Shown here one piece after another: positions 28,903 to 39,165 of a stretch of 64,000 bases of DNA. Within the stretch, counting starts at the first letter, position 1, and every line of letters starts with the position of its first letter. Below the pieces are notes generated by a model that saw only the letters and a program-made list of their open reading frames with translations, made no database searches and had not been told where the DNA came from. Made by a program: the position numbers and the translations under genes. Where the stretch lies: positions 11,380 to 75,379 of the forward strand of contig CAZCUR010000003.1 of NCBI GenBank assembly GCA_964501815.1. The letters run 5' to 3'. The stretch comes from an uncultured Geothermobacter sp. (GTDB lineage: Bacteria; Desulfobacterota; Desulfuromonadia; Desulfuromonadales; Geothermobacteraceae).

Positions 28903-29577
28903 TCAACGTGCGGAACCACAGCCCGAAACCGGCAGCACCCCGTCGAGGCAACCGCGCAGGTGGCGGGCCGCGCGGCCTTCGGGGGAGCGGGTCAGCAAGG
29001 CGGCCAAAGCGGCACCGTCATCGAGATCGTACCAGGCTCCGACCTCCCGGTAACGCAGGCCCGCCCCGGCCGCCCGCCGGCGGGTCAGGTCCAGAACCTG
29101 ATCGCTGCTCCAGGGGATGTCTTCGAACATCTGCGGACAGGGACGGCTCCAGCCGACCAGCACATAGCCGCCGTCATCGGCCGGAATGGTGACGGCGTCA
29201 TGCTCCTCCAGGGCCTCCATGGCCTGTCCGACCAGCTCCAGGGGCAGATCGGGGCTGTCGGTCCCAACCAGGGCGGCGCTGCGGGCCCCGGCCTGCAGCA
29301 GGGTCTCAAGGGCACGCCCCATACGTTCGCCCAAATCCCCGCTTCCCTGCGGCAGCCGGATGAGCGCGGGAAACCGCCGGGCAAACCAATCAGGATCGCC
29401 ATCAAAAAAAAGGACCACCGGCCAGGCGGCCTGCTGCAGGCGCAGGAGCGTTTCCTCCAGGCAGACGTCATAAAAGGCGGCCGCCTGCTCAAAGGTCAGG
29501 GGCGGGCAGAGACGGGTCTTGACCCGCCCGGCGCACGGCTGCTTGGCGAAGACACCCAAGGCCTGTGATCCTGTCAC
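28903..29577 (-). CDS. DUF2064/TIGR04282-like GT-A-fold (CofC-like) protein
   Basis: VFAKQP.AGRVKTRL, QGSGDLGERM, LVGTDSPDLP, IPADDGGYVLVG and WYDLDD. Start estimated (GTG 29577). Confidence 0.75.
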   Translation of the reverse strand: MTGSQALGVFAKQPCAGRVKTRLCPPLTFEQAAAFYDVCLEETLLRLQQAAWPVVLFFDGDPDWFARRFPALIRLPQGSGDLGERMGRALETLLQAGARSAALVGTDSPDLPLELVGQAMEALEEHDAVTIPADDGGYVLVGWSRPCPQMFEDIPWSSDQVLDLTRRRAAGAGLRYREVGAWYDLDDGAALAALLTRSPEGRAARHLRGCLDGVLPVSGCGSAR

Positions 29578-29608
29578 AAGGGTGGGAAGTTGATTCCCGG
29601 ATGCAGAC

Positions 29609-29638
29609 TTTTCCACCATTTCCACAGAGTTATCCACA
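29609..29638 (+). promoter_or_regulatory. Cluster of three head-to-tail DnaA boxes
   Basis: TTTTCCACC ATTTCCACA gag TTATCCACA: two 1-mismatch boxes and one perfect TTWTNCACA. Confidence 0.65.
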
Positions 29639-29639
29639 T

Positions 29640-30422
29640 TCAGCCTTGCCGACCGGGCCAGCAGACCTGCGCATAGGCGGAATGGTTGTGAATCGACTCG
29701 AAATTCTCGCATTCGACCCGGAACCAGGTGATGCGCTCGTCGGCGCGCAGGAGCACCGTCGCCTCACGCACAATATCCTCAACAAACATCGGATTGGCAT
29801 AGGCCTGTTCCGTAACCGCTTTTTCGTCTTTGCGCTTGAGCAGGGCATAAACCGGCGCACTGCCGCACTGTTCCACCAGTTCCACCAGCTCCTCGATCCA
29901 GACATGTTCGCGGTAACGGACGGTGACCCGGACATTGCTGCGCTGGTTGTGGGCGCCCGCGTCGCTGATCTCCCGGGAACAGGGGCACAGGGAGGTGACC
30001 GGCACATTGACTTCGAGAACGAAGTCGAAATCGGCGGCGAGGCTGGCAACCATACGGCACTGGTACTCCATCAGTGCCCTGGCGCCGGAGACCGGAGCGG
30101 CTTTTTCGATAAAATAGGGGAAATCGAGTTCAATATGGGCCCGGTCCGACTCAAGCCGGGTTTTCATCTCGACCAGCACCTCTTCGAGCCGGTCGACGGA
30201 AACGGCTCCGTGGTAACGGTTGAGGATTTCGATAAACCGGCTCATATGGGTGCCCTTGAAGTGTTCGGGCAGATCGACGTACATGTTGACCCGGGCGACA
30301 GTGTGCTGCCATTGCCGCTGGCGGTCCTGCACCACAACCGGGTAACGCAGTCCCTTGACACCGACCTTGTCGATGGGAACCCGGCGCGCGTCCGCCGCAT
30401 TCTGCAAATCGGGCATGCTCAT
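29640..30422 (-). CDS. folE2: GTP cyclohydrolase IB
   Basis: [26 protein letters not shown] and ESIHNHSA. Confidence 0.95.
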   Translation of the reverse strand: MSMPDLQNAADARRVPIDKVGVKGLRYPVVVQDRQRQWQHTVARVNMYVDLPEHFKGTHMSRFIEILNRYHGAVSVDRLEEVLVEMKTRLESDRAHIELDFPYFIEKAAPVSGARALMEYQCRMVASLAADFDFVLEVNVPVTSLCPCSREISDAGAHNQRSNVRVTVRYREHVWIEELVELVEQCGSAPVYALLKRKDEKAVTEQAYANPMFVEDIVREATVLLRADERITWFRVECENFESIHNHSAYAQVCWPGRQG

Positions 30423-31108
30423 GGGCGATTCTCCACGCTATAGGCCGCCGGGTCTTTGACCCCGACTTCGGCAAACCCTTTCAGCCGTAACTGGCACGAG
30501 TCGCAGCGACCGCAGGCCCGCCCGGAAGGATCCGGATCATAACAGGAATGGGTCAGCGCATAGTCGACCCCCAGCTCAAGACCACGGCGGATGATATCAG
30601 CCTTGCTCAGGTGCAAAAGGGGAGCATGGATATGATAGCGACCCCGGCCTTCCACCGCGGCGGCCGTGGCCAGGTTGGCCAGCTGTTCCCAGGCCTGGAT
30701 GTACTCCGGGCGGCAGTCGGGATAGCCGGAATAGTCCAGAGCGTTGACGCCGATGTAGATATCGAAGGCGCCGAGCACCTCGGCCCAGGCCAGGGCGAAG
30801 GAGAGAAAGATGGTATTGCGCGCCGGCACATAGGTTACCGGGATGGCTTCATCGATCGGCCGGTCCTTGGGGACCTCGATATCGGCGGTCAGGGCGCTGC
30901 CGCCAAAGGCGCGCAGGTCGATATCGACGATGCGATGTTCGGCGGCACCGACCAGGGGCGCATAGCGGGTTGCCTTGTCGAGTTCGACCGTATGGCGCTG
31001 GCCGTAGCGAAAACTGAGAGCGTAGGGCTCAAACCCCTCCCGGCGGGCTATGGCCAGGCAGGTGGTCGAATCGAGCCCCCCGCTGTAGAGAACAACGGCT
31101 TTTTTCAT
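30419..31108 (-). CDS. queC: 7-cyano-7-deazaguanine synthase
   Basis: [32 protein letters not shown] and CGRCDSC. Confidence 0.96.
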   Translation of the reverse strand: MKKAVVLYSGGLDSTTCLAIARREGFEPYALSFRYGQRHTVELDKATRYAPLVGAAEHRIVDIDLRAFGGSALTADIEVPKDRPIDEAIPVTYVPARNTIFLSFALAWAEVLGAFDIYIGVNALDYSGYPDCRPEYIQAWEQLANLATAAAVEGRGRYHIHAPLLHLSKADIIRRGLELGVDYALTHSCYDPDPSGRACGRCDSCQLRLKGFAEVGVKDPAAYSVENRP

Positions 31109-31159
31109 CGGCAAATCCTGTTTTTCAGCTCATGGCCAAAGGAGGCCTCTGGCCTGTGG

Positions 31160-32611
31160 TTAATGGACCTCGTAGAAGGAGCCGGTGGCCAGTCGATGCA
31201 CCTTCAGCAGATTGGTGGTCCCGGGCGCGGACACCGGGCTGCCCATGGTAATGACGGCGATGTCGCCGCGCTGCAGCAGCCCCGCCTGCAAGACCGCCTG
31301 CTCCACCGCCTCGATCTGGGCCTCGGTATTCCCTTCAATGTCGACCCGCAACGAACGAACCCCGTGGTAGAGCGCCAGACGACGCCGGACCTGCTGCGAA
31401 GGGGTCACGGCATAGACGGGAACCTTCGGCCGGTATTTGGACACCAGCGCCGCCGTTTTCCCGGTCTGGGTAAAGGCGAGGATCGCCCGGGCGTCCAGGC
31501 TTTCGGCGACCCGACAGGCCGCCTGGGCGATGGCCTCGGGCAGGGAGCGCCAGCCGGCAATATCCGGCAGCGGCTCGAACATGCGCCGGCTCAGGTGCGG
31601 GTCCGTTTCGACATCGACGGCAATGCGGGCCATCATCGCCACCGCCTCGACCGGATAGCGCCCCGAAGCGGTTTCCGCCGAAAGCATGACGGCATCGGTG
31701 CCATCGAGGATGGCATTGGCGACATCGGAGGTTTCCGCCCGGGTCGGTCGCGGACTGGCCACCATGCTCTCGAGCATCTGGGTGGCGGTAATGACCGGTT
31801 TGCCGGCGCTGTTGCACTGACGAATGATGCGCTTCTGGATCAGCGGCACTTTCTCCGGCTCGATTTCGACCCCCAAATCGCCACGTGCCACCATGATACC
31901 GTCGGCCGCCGCCAAAATGGCCTCAAAGTTGGCGACCGCTTCAGGCTTTTCGATCTTGGCGATGACTCCCGGACCGTCGCGACCGATCAGGTTTTTCAGC
32001 TCCAGCACCTCATCGGCCCGGCGCACAAAGGACAGCGCCACGTAATCAACACCATGCTCCAGACAAAAGACGAGGTCCTCACGGTCCTTGTCGGTTAAGG
32101 CCGGCACCGAAACCGCAACACCGGGAAGATTGATGCCCTTGCGGCTTTTCAGCACCCCGCCGGTTATGACCCGGCAGGCGACCCGGGGCGGCTCGACGGT
32201 TTCAACCTCCAGCTCCATCAAACCATCATCCAGCAGCAGGCGATCCCCGGGCGCGACATCTTCGGGCAGGCGGGTATAGCCGGTCGGGATCAGGTTGTCG
32301 CGACCGACCACCTTTTCGGTGGTCACCCAAACCTGTTCGCCCCGGAAAAGCTGCATGGCGTCACCCTCGATCTGGCCGACCCGGATCTTCGGTCCCTGCA
32401 AATCACCGAGAATAGCGACGGCACGCTGCCGGCGACGGGACACCTCGCGGATCCGCTCGATGATCAGCGCCTTTTCTGCCACATCTCCGTGGGAAAAGTT
32501 GAGACGGAAGACATCGGCGCCGGCACGCATCAGCTCCAGCAAGGTTTCGGAGTCGCTGCACGACGGACCGATGGTGGCTACGATTTTGGTACGGCGGAAC
32601 GGTTCGTCCAT
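31160..32611 (-). CDS. pyk: Pyruvate kinase
   Basis: TKIVATIGP, RLNFSHG, DLQGPKIR, IAKIEK, MVARGDLGVE and ATQMLESM. Confidence 0.96.
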   Translation of the reverse strand: MDEPFRRTKIVATIGPSCSDSETLLELMRAGADVFRLNFSHGDVAEKALIIERIREVSRRRQRAVAILGDLQGPKIRVGQIEGDAMQLFRGEQVWVTTEKVVGRDNLIPTGYTRLPEDVAPGDRLLLDDGLMELEVETVEPPRVACRVITGGVLKSRKGINLPGVAVSVPALTDKDREDLVFCLEHGVDYVALSFVRRADEVLELKNLIGRDGPGVIAKIEKPEAVANFEAILAAADGIMVARGDLGVEIEPEKVPLIQKRIIRQCNSAGKPVITATQMLESMVASPRPTRAETSDVANAILDGTDAVMLSAETASGRYPVEAVAMMARIAVDVETDPHLSRRMFEPLPDIAGWRSLPEAIAQAACRVAESLDARAILAFTQTGKTAALVSKYRPKVPVYAVTPSQQVRRRLALYHGVRSLRVDIEGNTEAQIEAVEQAVLQAGLLQRGDIAVITMGSPVSAPGTTNLLKVHRLATGSFYEVH

Positions 32612-32775
32612 ACTCCACCCCCACAGACCACATCCCGAAAGGTTCTCTGGAACACGTGCGCTCCCGACTATAGCACAGCCGAAGGCTCCGGCAACCGCAA
32701 AGAGGTTGCCGCGCTTGGTGTCGACATGCTATAAGTGACAGGTTTTTCGGCCAAAATTCTTTCCCGTCCGGATTC

Positions 32776-35184
32776 ATGCTGCGTCGTATCCTTACCGCCT
32801 TCAGTCTGATTTGCATCAGCGGCCTGCTGCTCACCGTCGCCGGGCTGGTGGTCGCCTACCTGGTCGTCTCCAGCTCCCTGCCCAAAGTCGACACTCTGGC
32901 CGACTACCGCCCGCCGGTCATCACCCGCATACTCGCCGACGACGGTACGGTGCTGGCGGAACTCTTCCGGGAACGGCGCGTGGTGGTTCCCATCGAGCGC
33001 ATGCCGACCGATCTGATCAACGCCTTCGTTGCCGCCGAAGATGCCAAGTTTTTTCAGCACCGCGGCATTGACCTGACATCGATAGCGCGCGCCGCCATCA
33101 AGAACATTCAGGCCGGCGGTATTGTTCAGGGCGGCAGCACCATCACCCAGCAGGTCGCCAAAAGTCTGCTGCTGACTCCGGAAAAGAAGTTTTCGCGCAA
33201 GTTCAAAGAGGCGATTCTCGCCTGGCGCATGGAGCAAAAACTCTCCAAAAAGGAAATCCTCTCCATCTATCTCAACCAGATCTACCTGGGACACGGCGCC
33301 CACGGTGTCCAGGCCGCCGCCGAGAACTATTTCGACAAGAACGTCGAGGATTTGACCCTGGCCGAATGCGCCCTGCTCGCCGGCCTGCCCCAGGCACCGA
33401 GCCGCTACTCACCCTACCGGCACCTGGAACGGGCGCGCGAACGGCAGCGCTACGTGTTGCGGCGCATGGTCGAAAACGGCTTCATCACCGAAGAGCAGGC
33501 CGAGCAGGCCCGGGCCGAAAAACTGGTCATCCACGCCCGTGAGCGCCAAACCCTGCCGGAGGCGGCCTACTTTACCGAACAGGTGCGCCGGGACCTGATC
33601 GCCACCTACGGCAAAGACGTGGTCTACACCCAGGGGCTGACGGTCGAGACCTCGCTCAATCTGAAAATGCAGCACGCGGCCCATCTGGCGGTGCAGAAAA
33701 ACCTGCGGGACTATGACAAGCGACATGGCTTTCGAGGCCCCCAACGCATTCTGACCGAAGAGGAGCAGAAGAGCTTTCTTGCCGACCAGGCCGACAGGAT
33801 GCGCCATCACCCGCCGCAACAGGGGGACCTGGTGCGCGCTGTTCTCACCGGGTGGAACGCTCAGGCCTGGCTGGTCGCCGTTGGAGACCGGCATGGTCTG
33901 ATACCGCGCAAAACGGCCGCCTGGGCCGAGCCCTATGTGCTGTTGTCCCGGGAAGACTACCTGAAAACGCCGGAGGACACCTGGGGCGATGCGGTTCCTG
34001 TGCCGGTCGGTTCGGTGCTGGAAACCATGGTGAAAAAAATCAGGCCGGACGGCGGTCTCGAACTCTCCCTGGAGCAAACACCGGAGGTCCAGGGCGCTTT
34101 GGTCGCCATTGAACCCAACAGCGGCCGCATCAAGGCGATGGTCGGCGGCTACGATTTTGGCCTGAGCCAGTTCAACCGGGCCGTTCAGAGCCGGCGTCAG
34201 CCGGGTTCGGCCATGAAACCGCTCATCTACGCCGCCGCCCTCGATCGTGGCTACACCCCGGCGACCATCATTCTCGATACGCCCATCATCTACAGGGAAA
34301 CCCGGGACAACGGCAAGGAAACCGAGTGGAAACCGCGCAACTACGGCCAGAAATTCTACGGTCCCACCTCGCTGCGCACCGGGCTGGCCAAATCGCGCAA
34401 CATCATCACCATCAAGATTCTCGAGGACATTGGGGTCAATTACGCCGCCAACTACGCCAGGCGCCTCGGCATCGAGTCCCCCATCGAGCGCGACCTGACC
34501 CTGGCGCTCGGATCGACAGCGGTGACCCCGCTGGAGCTGGCCAAGGTTTACTGCGTGTTCGCCAACGGCGGTATCCGGGTTTCGCCGACCTATATCAACC
34601 GCATTCTGGACCGCGACGGCAACATCATCGCCTCGTCGGATCCGGCCGACTTTCCCAATGGCCCCGGCCCGGGCCAGAGACTGCTGCACCAGAAGCGCGA
34701 ACGGGTCATCTCGCCGGAGACCGCCTATCTGATCACCAATCTGATGGAAAGCGTGGTGCAACACGGCACCGGGTGGCGTGCCAAGGCCCTGGGGCGGCCT
34801 GTGGCCGGCAAAACCGGAACCACCAACGACCTGAAGGACGCCTGGTTCGTCGGTTTTACCCCGGACCTGGTCGCGGTCACCTGGACCGGATTTGATCAGG
34901 AAAAGACCCTGGGTAAAAACGAAACCGGTTCCAGAGCCGCGGCCCCGGCCTGGGTCAGCTTCATGGTCCAGGCCCTGCGCGGGACCCCAGTCAGACAGTT
35001 CCCGGTCCCTGACACCATCCAGTTTCGTCCCATCGATCCGAAAACCGGGCTGCTGGTTCCGGAAGACACGCCAGGTGCCGTCATCGAGGCGTTCGCGCCC
35101 GGCACCGCGCCGACCCGCTATGCCATGGACGAATCCCGCCCCCGGGCCCGCGACTTTTTCCGCCTGGATCTCGAAGGGAATTAG
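32776..35184 (+). CDS. mrcA: Penicillin-binding protein 1A
   Basis: TM anchor, transglycosylase EDAKFFQHRG/GGSTITQQ/RKFKE, and transpeptidase SAMK, SRN and KTGT. Confidence 0.93.
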   Translation: MLRRILTAFSLICISGLLLTVAGLVVAYLVVSSSLPKVDTLADYRPPVITRILADDGTVLAELFRERRVVVPIERMPTDLINAFVAAEDAKFFQHRGIDLTSIARAAIKNIQAGGIVQGGSTITQQVAKSLLLTPEKKFSRKFKEAILAWRMEQKLSKKEILSIYLNQIYLGHGAHGVQAAAENYFDKNVEDLTLAECALLAGLPQAPSRYSPYRHLERARERQRYVLRRMVENGFITEEQAEQARAEKLVIHARERQTLPEAAYFTEQVRRDLIATYGKDVVYTQGLTVETSLNLKMQHAAHLAVQKNLRDYDKRHGFRGPQRILTEEEQKSFLADQADRMRHHPPQQGDLVRAVLTGWNAQAWLVAVGDRHGLIPRKTAAWAEPYVLLSREDYLKTPEDTWGDAVPVPVGSVLETMVKKIRPDGGLELSLEQTPEVQGALVAIEPNSGRIKAMVGGYDFGLSQFNRAVQSRRQPGSAMKPLIYAAALDRGYTPATIILDTPIIYRETRDNGKETEWKPRNYGQKFYGPTSLRTGLAKSRNIITIKILEDIGVNYAANYARRLGIESPIERDLTLALGSTAVTPLELAKVYCVFANGGIRVSPTYINRILDRDGNIIASSDPADFPNGPGPGQRLLHQKRERVISPETAYLITNLMESVVQHGTGWRAKALGRPVAGKTGTTNDLKDAWFVGFTPDLVAVTWTGFDQEKTLGKNETGSRAAAPAWVSFMVQALRGTPVRQFPVPDTIQFRPIDPKTGLLVPEDTPGAVIEAFAPGTAPTRYAMDESRPRARDFFRLDLEGN

Positions 35185-35217
35185 GTACGACGTCCCGTTG
35201 CCGGATTGGGCGGGCTG

Positions 35218-36138
35218 TCACCCGCCGCCGGTCCAGAACCTTTCCGCCCCCGGATGCAGGGGCACCGACACCCCTTCAAGCCCGCGGGCCCGGTCAAGTT
35301 CGCGTCCCACCGGATGCCGCTGTACCAGCTGACGGCGTCCCGCTTCGGAATAGAGGCGGTCGAGCAGACGATAGATGCGTTGTTCCGGCAGATCGGCGCG
35401 ACAGAGCAGCAAGGCTGAATCCGCAAAAGTCCGGACCGGTCGCAACTGCCCAGGGTAGGTACCGGGTGGCAGGGTTCGGCGGACATAGAAGGGAAAACGC
35501 CGGAAGAAATCGCTCTGTTCCGCTTCGCTGATCAGGTCCAGAAAACGAAGCCCCATGACGGAGGTTTCCTCTTCGAGCGTGCCGTTGGGCGCGCCGACAA
35601 CCATCCAAACAGCATCCACGGAACCCCGCTCCAGCTCATTGAGCGCATGGCGAAAGCCGATATGAACCGGTACAATCCGGCTCCAGAGGCGGATGGCGGA
35701 AAAGAACCGTCGTGCCGCCGCCGCCGTACCCGACCCGGGGTTACCGATGGCGACCCGGGCGCCAACCAGATCCACAACACTGGAAAAAGGGCTGGTCGCC
35801 GCCACAACCAGGTGAGCCGGCGCTCCGTACAGGCGTGTCATCGCGCGGACGGGGATGCGGCCTTTCGTCTCTCCATACCTGAGCCAGGCATCTCCGGCGT
35901 AGACCAGCGCCATGTCGACCTGTCCCTTCGCCAGCTTTTCCAGGTTGGAAACCGACCCTCCCGAAGGTTGAACCTTCCAGGTCATGCGCGGCTCTGCCCG
36001 GGAAAAGACCTGGGCAAGTGCCTCAGCATAGCCCTGAAACGTCCCTCCTTCCGGGCCGCCACCCAGAACCGAGGTCCGCTTCGATTCACAGGAGGTCAGG
36101 CTCAGCAGGACAATGAGCAAAAAGCCTAGGCGATACAT
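35218..36138 (-). CDS. TAXI-family TRAP solute-binding protein
   Basis: Lipoprotein-like LSLTSC, GGGPEGGTF, SGGSVSNL, GNPGSGT and VPLHPGAERFW. Confidence 0.85.
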   Translation of the reverse strand: MYRLGFLLIVLLSLTSCESKRTSVLGGGPEGGTFQGYAEALAQVFSRAEPRMTWKVQPSGGSVSNLEKLAKGQVDMALVYAGDAWLRYGETKGRIPVRAMTRLYGAPAHLVVAATSPFSSVVDLVGARVAIGNPGSGTAAAARRFFSAIRLWSRIVPVHIGFRHALNELERGSVDAVWMVVGAPNGTLEEETSVMGLRFLDLISEAEQSDFFRRFPFYVRRTLPPGTYPGQLRPVRTFADSALLLCRADLPEQRIYRLLDRLYSEAGRRQLVQRHPVGRELDRARGLEGVSVPLHPGAERFWTGGG

Positions 36139-36150
36139 GTCCCTTCCCGT

Positions 36151-36822
36151 TCAGCGGCTTTTTCCGACCCCATGTCGCGGACAGAGGTCCGCAACCGGAC
36201 ATTGACCGCAGGATGGAATCCGGGCCCGGCACAAGGCGCGCCCGTGGGCTATCAGGGTATGCCCGGCCTGGGTCCAGCGCTCCGGCGGCAGCAGCCGGCA
36301 CAGGTCGCGTTCAATTCTATCGGGGTCGGTCGCTCTCGTCCAACCAAAGCGGAAGGAAAGACGTTTGACATGGGTGTCGACCACCATGCCCGGCACCCCC
36401 CAGGCGTTGCCGAGCACCACATTGGCCGTCTTGCGCCCGACACCGGGGAGGGCCACCAGCTGCTCCAGACGCTTCGGCACCTCGCCGGCGTGCTCCTCGA
36501 CAAGGGTGCGGGCGCAGGCAATCAGGTTTTTGGTCTTGTTGCGGAAAAATCCGGTCGAGCGGATCAGGTTTTCGAGTTCCTCCGGGTCGGCAGCCGCCAT
36601 GGCGTGGGAATCGGGAAAGCGGGCAAACAGCTCCGGGGTGACTTTGTTCACCCGGACATCGGTACACTGGGCCGACAAGATGGTCGCCACCAGCAGCTGC
36701 CAGGCGTTACGGTACACCAGGGCACAATGGGCGTCAGGATAGGCCCGCTCCAGCCGGTCAAGCAGCTCCAGGGCCTTCCGGCACCTGCTGGCCCTGGGTC
36801 TTTTTTCACCATTTATCAACAT
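36151..36822 (-). CDS. nth: Endonuclease III
   Basis: LLVATILSAQCTD, HhH LPGVGRKTANVV, VDTHV and FeS motif CRARIPSCGQCPVADLC. Confidence 0.96.
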   Translation of the reverse strand: MLINGEKRPRASRCRKALELLDRLERAYPDAHCALVYRNAWQLLVATILSAQCTDVRVNKVTPELFARFPDSHAMAAADPEELENLIRSTGFFRNKTKNLIACARTLVEEHAGEVPKRLEQLVALPGVGRKTANVVLGNAWGVPGMVVDTHVKRLSFRFGWTRATDPDRIERDLCRLLPPERWTQAGHTLIAHGRALCRARIPSCGQCPVADLCPRHGVGKSR

Positions 36823-36856
36823 AATTCACAGCTTTGTACACAGATCCTGTGAAAAC
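36813..36856. promoter_or_regulatory. Cluster of four DnaA-box-like 9-mers over the nth start
   Basis: TTATCAACA TAATTCACA gct TTGTACACA gatcc TGTGAAAAC (the last is reversed). Each has 1 mismatch to TTWTNCACA. Confidence 0.6.
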
Positions 36857-36865
36857 CGCCCTCTC

Positions 36866-37591
36866 CTATCCGGGCGCCGTTTCCATATGGCTGCGTTTGA
36901 GGGCCGGAGCACGCAGATACTCCCGCGGGTCACGCACCTGAAGGGTCAGGATCAGCGGCAGATGGCTGGAGGCATGACGCGCCGGACCCCAGCGGAGAAT
37001 GGACGATTCCAGGACGCGGATATCGCCGCGCAAATAGACACGGTCGCGGCCCAGCACCGGCAAAAAGGATGGATAGGTGCCGCACCACAGCGGCCGGCGC
37101 GCCCGGCGCAGGGACATGGCCAGCTGGATGTTGCCGAGGCCCCAGCCGCAATCGGCAAAATCACCCAGGACGATGGTTGGGCAAGCCAGGTCCGGATGTC
37201 CGAGCAGGTCTTCCCCCAAAAGACGGACGATCTGCTCCTGGCGGAGCCGGGGGTGGGGGCTGAGACAGACATTAAACAGATGGAGGCGCTTGCCCAGAAA
37301 TTCAACGTCGGCACGCAGGCAGGCGGCCCCGCCCCCCAAATCATAATGGCGTGCATGGGACAGGGGGTAACAGGAGAACAGGACCGTATCCCGGTCCCCG
37401 GCGCTCCAGCTGTAGCCGAGTGCCTCCCCCAGTTCGGCTGCGGTCAGGTTCCAGCCCGGCTCAAAACGCTGCAGCGCAACCAGGTCGGGGGCGCCTTCAC
37501 GCACGACATCGAGGATACGTTCGATATCGACACGACCGTCCCGCCCGCGGCACCCGTTGGTCTGGTATGTCATGACCCGGACGGCCGGCAT
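36866..37591 (-). CDS. Endonuclease/exonuclease/phosphatase-fold protein with degenerate active site
   Basis: VMTY..., PDLVALQ, VLGDF, TYPS and AS.HLPL give the fold, but the catalytic residues are substituted. Confidence 0.8.
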   Translation of the reverse strand: MPAVRVMTYQTNGCRGRDGRVDIERILDVVREGAPDLVALQRFEPGWNLTAAELGEALGYSWSAGDRDTVLFSCYPLSHARHYDLGGGAACLRADVEFLGKRLHLFNVCLSPHPRLRQEQIVRLLGEDLLGHPDLACPTIVLGDFADCGWGLGNIQLAMSLRRARRPLWCGTYPSFLPVLGRDRVYLRGDIRVLESSILRWGPARHASSHLPLILTLQVRDPREYLRAPALKRSHMETAPG

Positions 37592-37594
37592 GAC

Positions 37595-38158
37595 TCAGGG
37601 AAGACGCCGAGCGGAGGTTATCACCACGGGCGGTTCGGGCAGATTCTGAAACAGGGCGTTTTTGCGCACCGTTTTGCTCTTGCCGATACGGTCCACGACA
37701 TCCATGCCGGCAATCACCCGGCCAAAGACGGCATAACCGAACGTTTGGGGGGTGTCACCCCGGTGATCGAGAAAGGCATTGTCGACCAGGTTGATGAAAA
37801 ACTGGCTGGTGGCTGAATCAATGACACGTGTGCGCGCCATGGCAATGGTGCCGCGTTTGTTGCCCAGACCGTTGGCGGCCTCATTGCGAATGGGGGCCAG
37901 AGTCTTTTTGCGCTGGAGCTGGGCATCGAACCCTCCCCCCTGAATCATGAAACCGTCAATGACCCGGTGAAAAATGGTGCCATTGTAAAAGCCACTGTCC
38001 ACATAGTTGAGGAAATTGGCGACTGTTTTCGGGGCCTTGTCGTCGAACAGCTCGAGGGTTATATCCCCCATGCTGGTTTGCAGCTGCACCCGGGTGCCCG
38101 CCAGGGCCGGGGTTGTCAGGGTCAGCAACAGGATCAGAACGCAGAGCCAACGACACAT
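37595..38158 (-). CDS. Periplasmic cyclophilin-type peptidyl-prolyl isomerase
   Basis: Signal peptide, [37 protein letters not shown] and YAVFGRV. Confidence 0.92.
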   Translation of the reverse strand: MCRWLCVLILLLTLTTPALAGTRVQLQTSMGDITLELFDDKAPKTVANFLNYVDSGFYNGTIFHRVIDGFMIQGGGFDAQLQRKKTLAPIRNEAANGLGNKRGTIAMARTRVIDSATSQFFINLVDNAFLDHRGDTPQTFGYAVFGRVIAGMDVVDRIGKSKTVRKNALFQNLPEPPVVITSARRLP

Positions 38159-38160
38159 GA

Positions 38161-39165
38161 TCAACCTCCCTGTTCGGCTTTCAGGTCACGTTTCATCAGG
38201 TCGATAACCGCTTCTCTGGCCGGTTTGCCGCGGTAAAGAATCTGGTACATCTGCTCGATGATGGGGGCCTCGACTCCCAGTTTTTGCGCCAGCTGCCAGG
38301 CCGACAGGCAGGTTTTCACCCCTTCGGCCACCATCTTCATGCCCTGCAGAATCTCGGTCAGGGAACGGCCGCGTCCCAGTTCAATACCGACACTGCGGTT
38401 GCGCGACAGGTCGCCGGTACAGGTCAGGACCAGGTCTCCCATACCGGCCAGTCCCGCCAGGGTCTCCTGTCGGCCCCCCTTGGCCACGGCCAGGCGGGTG
38501 ATTTCCGCCAGCCCCCGGGTAATCAGCGCCGCTCGGGTGTTATAGCCAAAGCCCAAACCGTCCGACACGCCGGCCGCCAGCGCAATGACGTTTTTCAGGG
38601 CGCCACCCAGTTCGACCCCGATGACATCGCTGTTGGTGTAAACCCGGAAATAGTCGGTACTGAAGACCCGCTGCACCTGCACCGCCACCTCTTCCCTCAC
38701 ACTGGCCACCGCGACGGCGGTAGGCATTTCCGCCGCCACTTCGCGCGCGAAGCTCGGGCCCGAAAGATAGGCGCTGCGCTGCTGAATACCGGGAGGACCG
38801 ACTTCGGCAATGACCTCCGACATCAGCAGCAGGCTGTCATTCTCGATCCCCTTGGAAGCGGAAACCAGCAGGGCGTCCCCGGGCAAATGGGCACAGGCCG
38901 TCGAGAAGACCTGGCGCAGGACCTGGCTGGGCGGAACCAGGAGCAGCAGGCCGCAGTGGCGCACCGCCTCGGTGATGTCATGGGTAAAGCGAAGATTGGG
39001 CGCCAAGGTGATGCCCGGTAGATAAAGGTCGTTTTCCCGTGTTTCCCTGAGCCTTTCCACCAGGTCGGCTTCGTAGACCCAGAGGACCACCTCATGGCCG
39101 GCTTTGGCAAGCAGATTGGCGAGGGTCGTTCCCCAGCTGCCGCCCCCCAATACCGCTATTTTCAT
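38161..39165 (-). CDS. gpsA: NAD(P)H-dependent glycerol-3-phosphate dehydrogenase
   Basis: [37 protein letters not shown] and SRNR. Confidence 0.96.
   Translation of the reverse strand: MKIAVLGGGSWGTTLANLLAKAGHEVVLWVYEADLVERLRETRENDLYLPGITLAPNLRFTHDITEAVRHCGLLLLVPPSQVLRQVFSTACAHLPGDALLVSASKGIENDSLLLMSEVIAEVGPPGIQQRSAYLSGPSFAREVAAEMPTAVAVASVREEVAVQVQRVFSTDYFRVYTNSDVIGVELGGALKNVIALAAGVSDGLGFGYNTRAALITRGLAEITRLAVAKGGRQETLAGLAGMGDLVLTCTGDLSRNRSVGIELGRGRSLTEILQGMKMVAEGVKTCLSAWQLAQKLGVEAPIIEQMYQILYRGKPAREAVIDLMKRDLKAEQGG

Noticed and set aside
31109-31159. preQ1 riboswitch upstream of queC
   Set aside because: The gap is only about 50 bp and has no preQ1 consensus.
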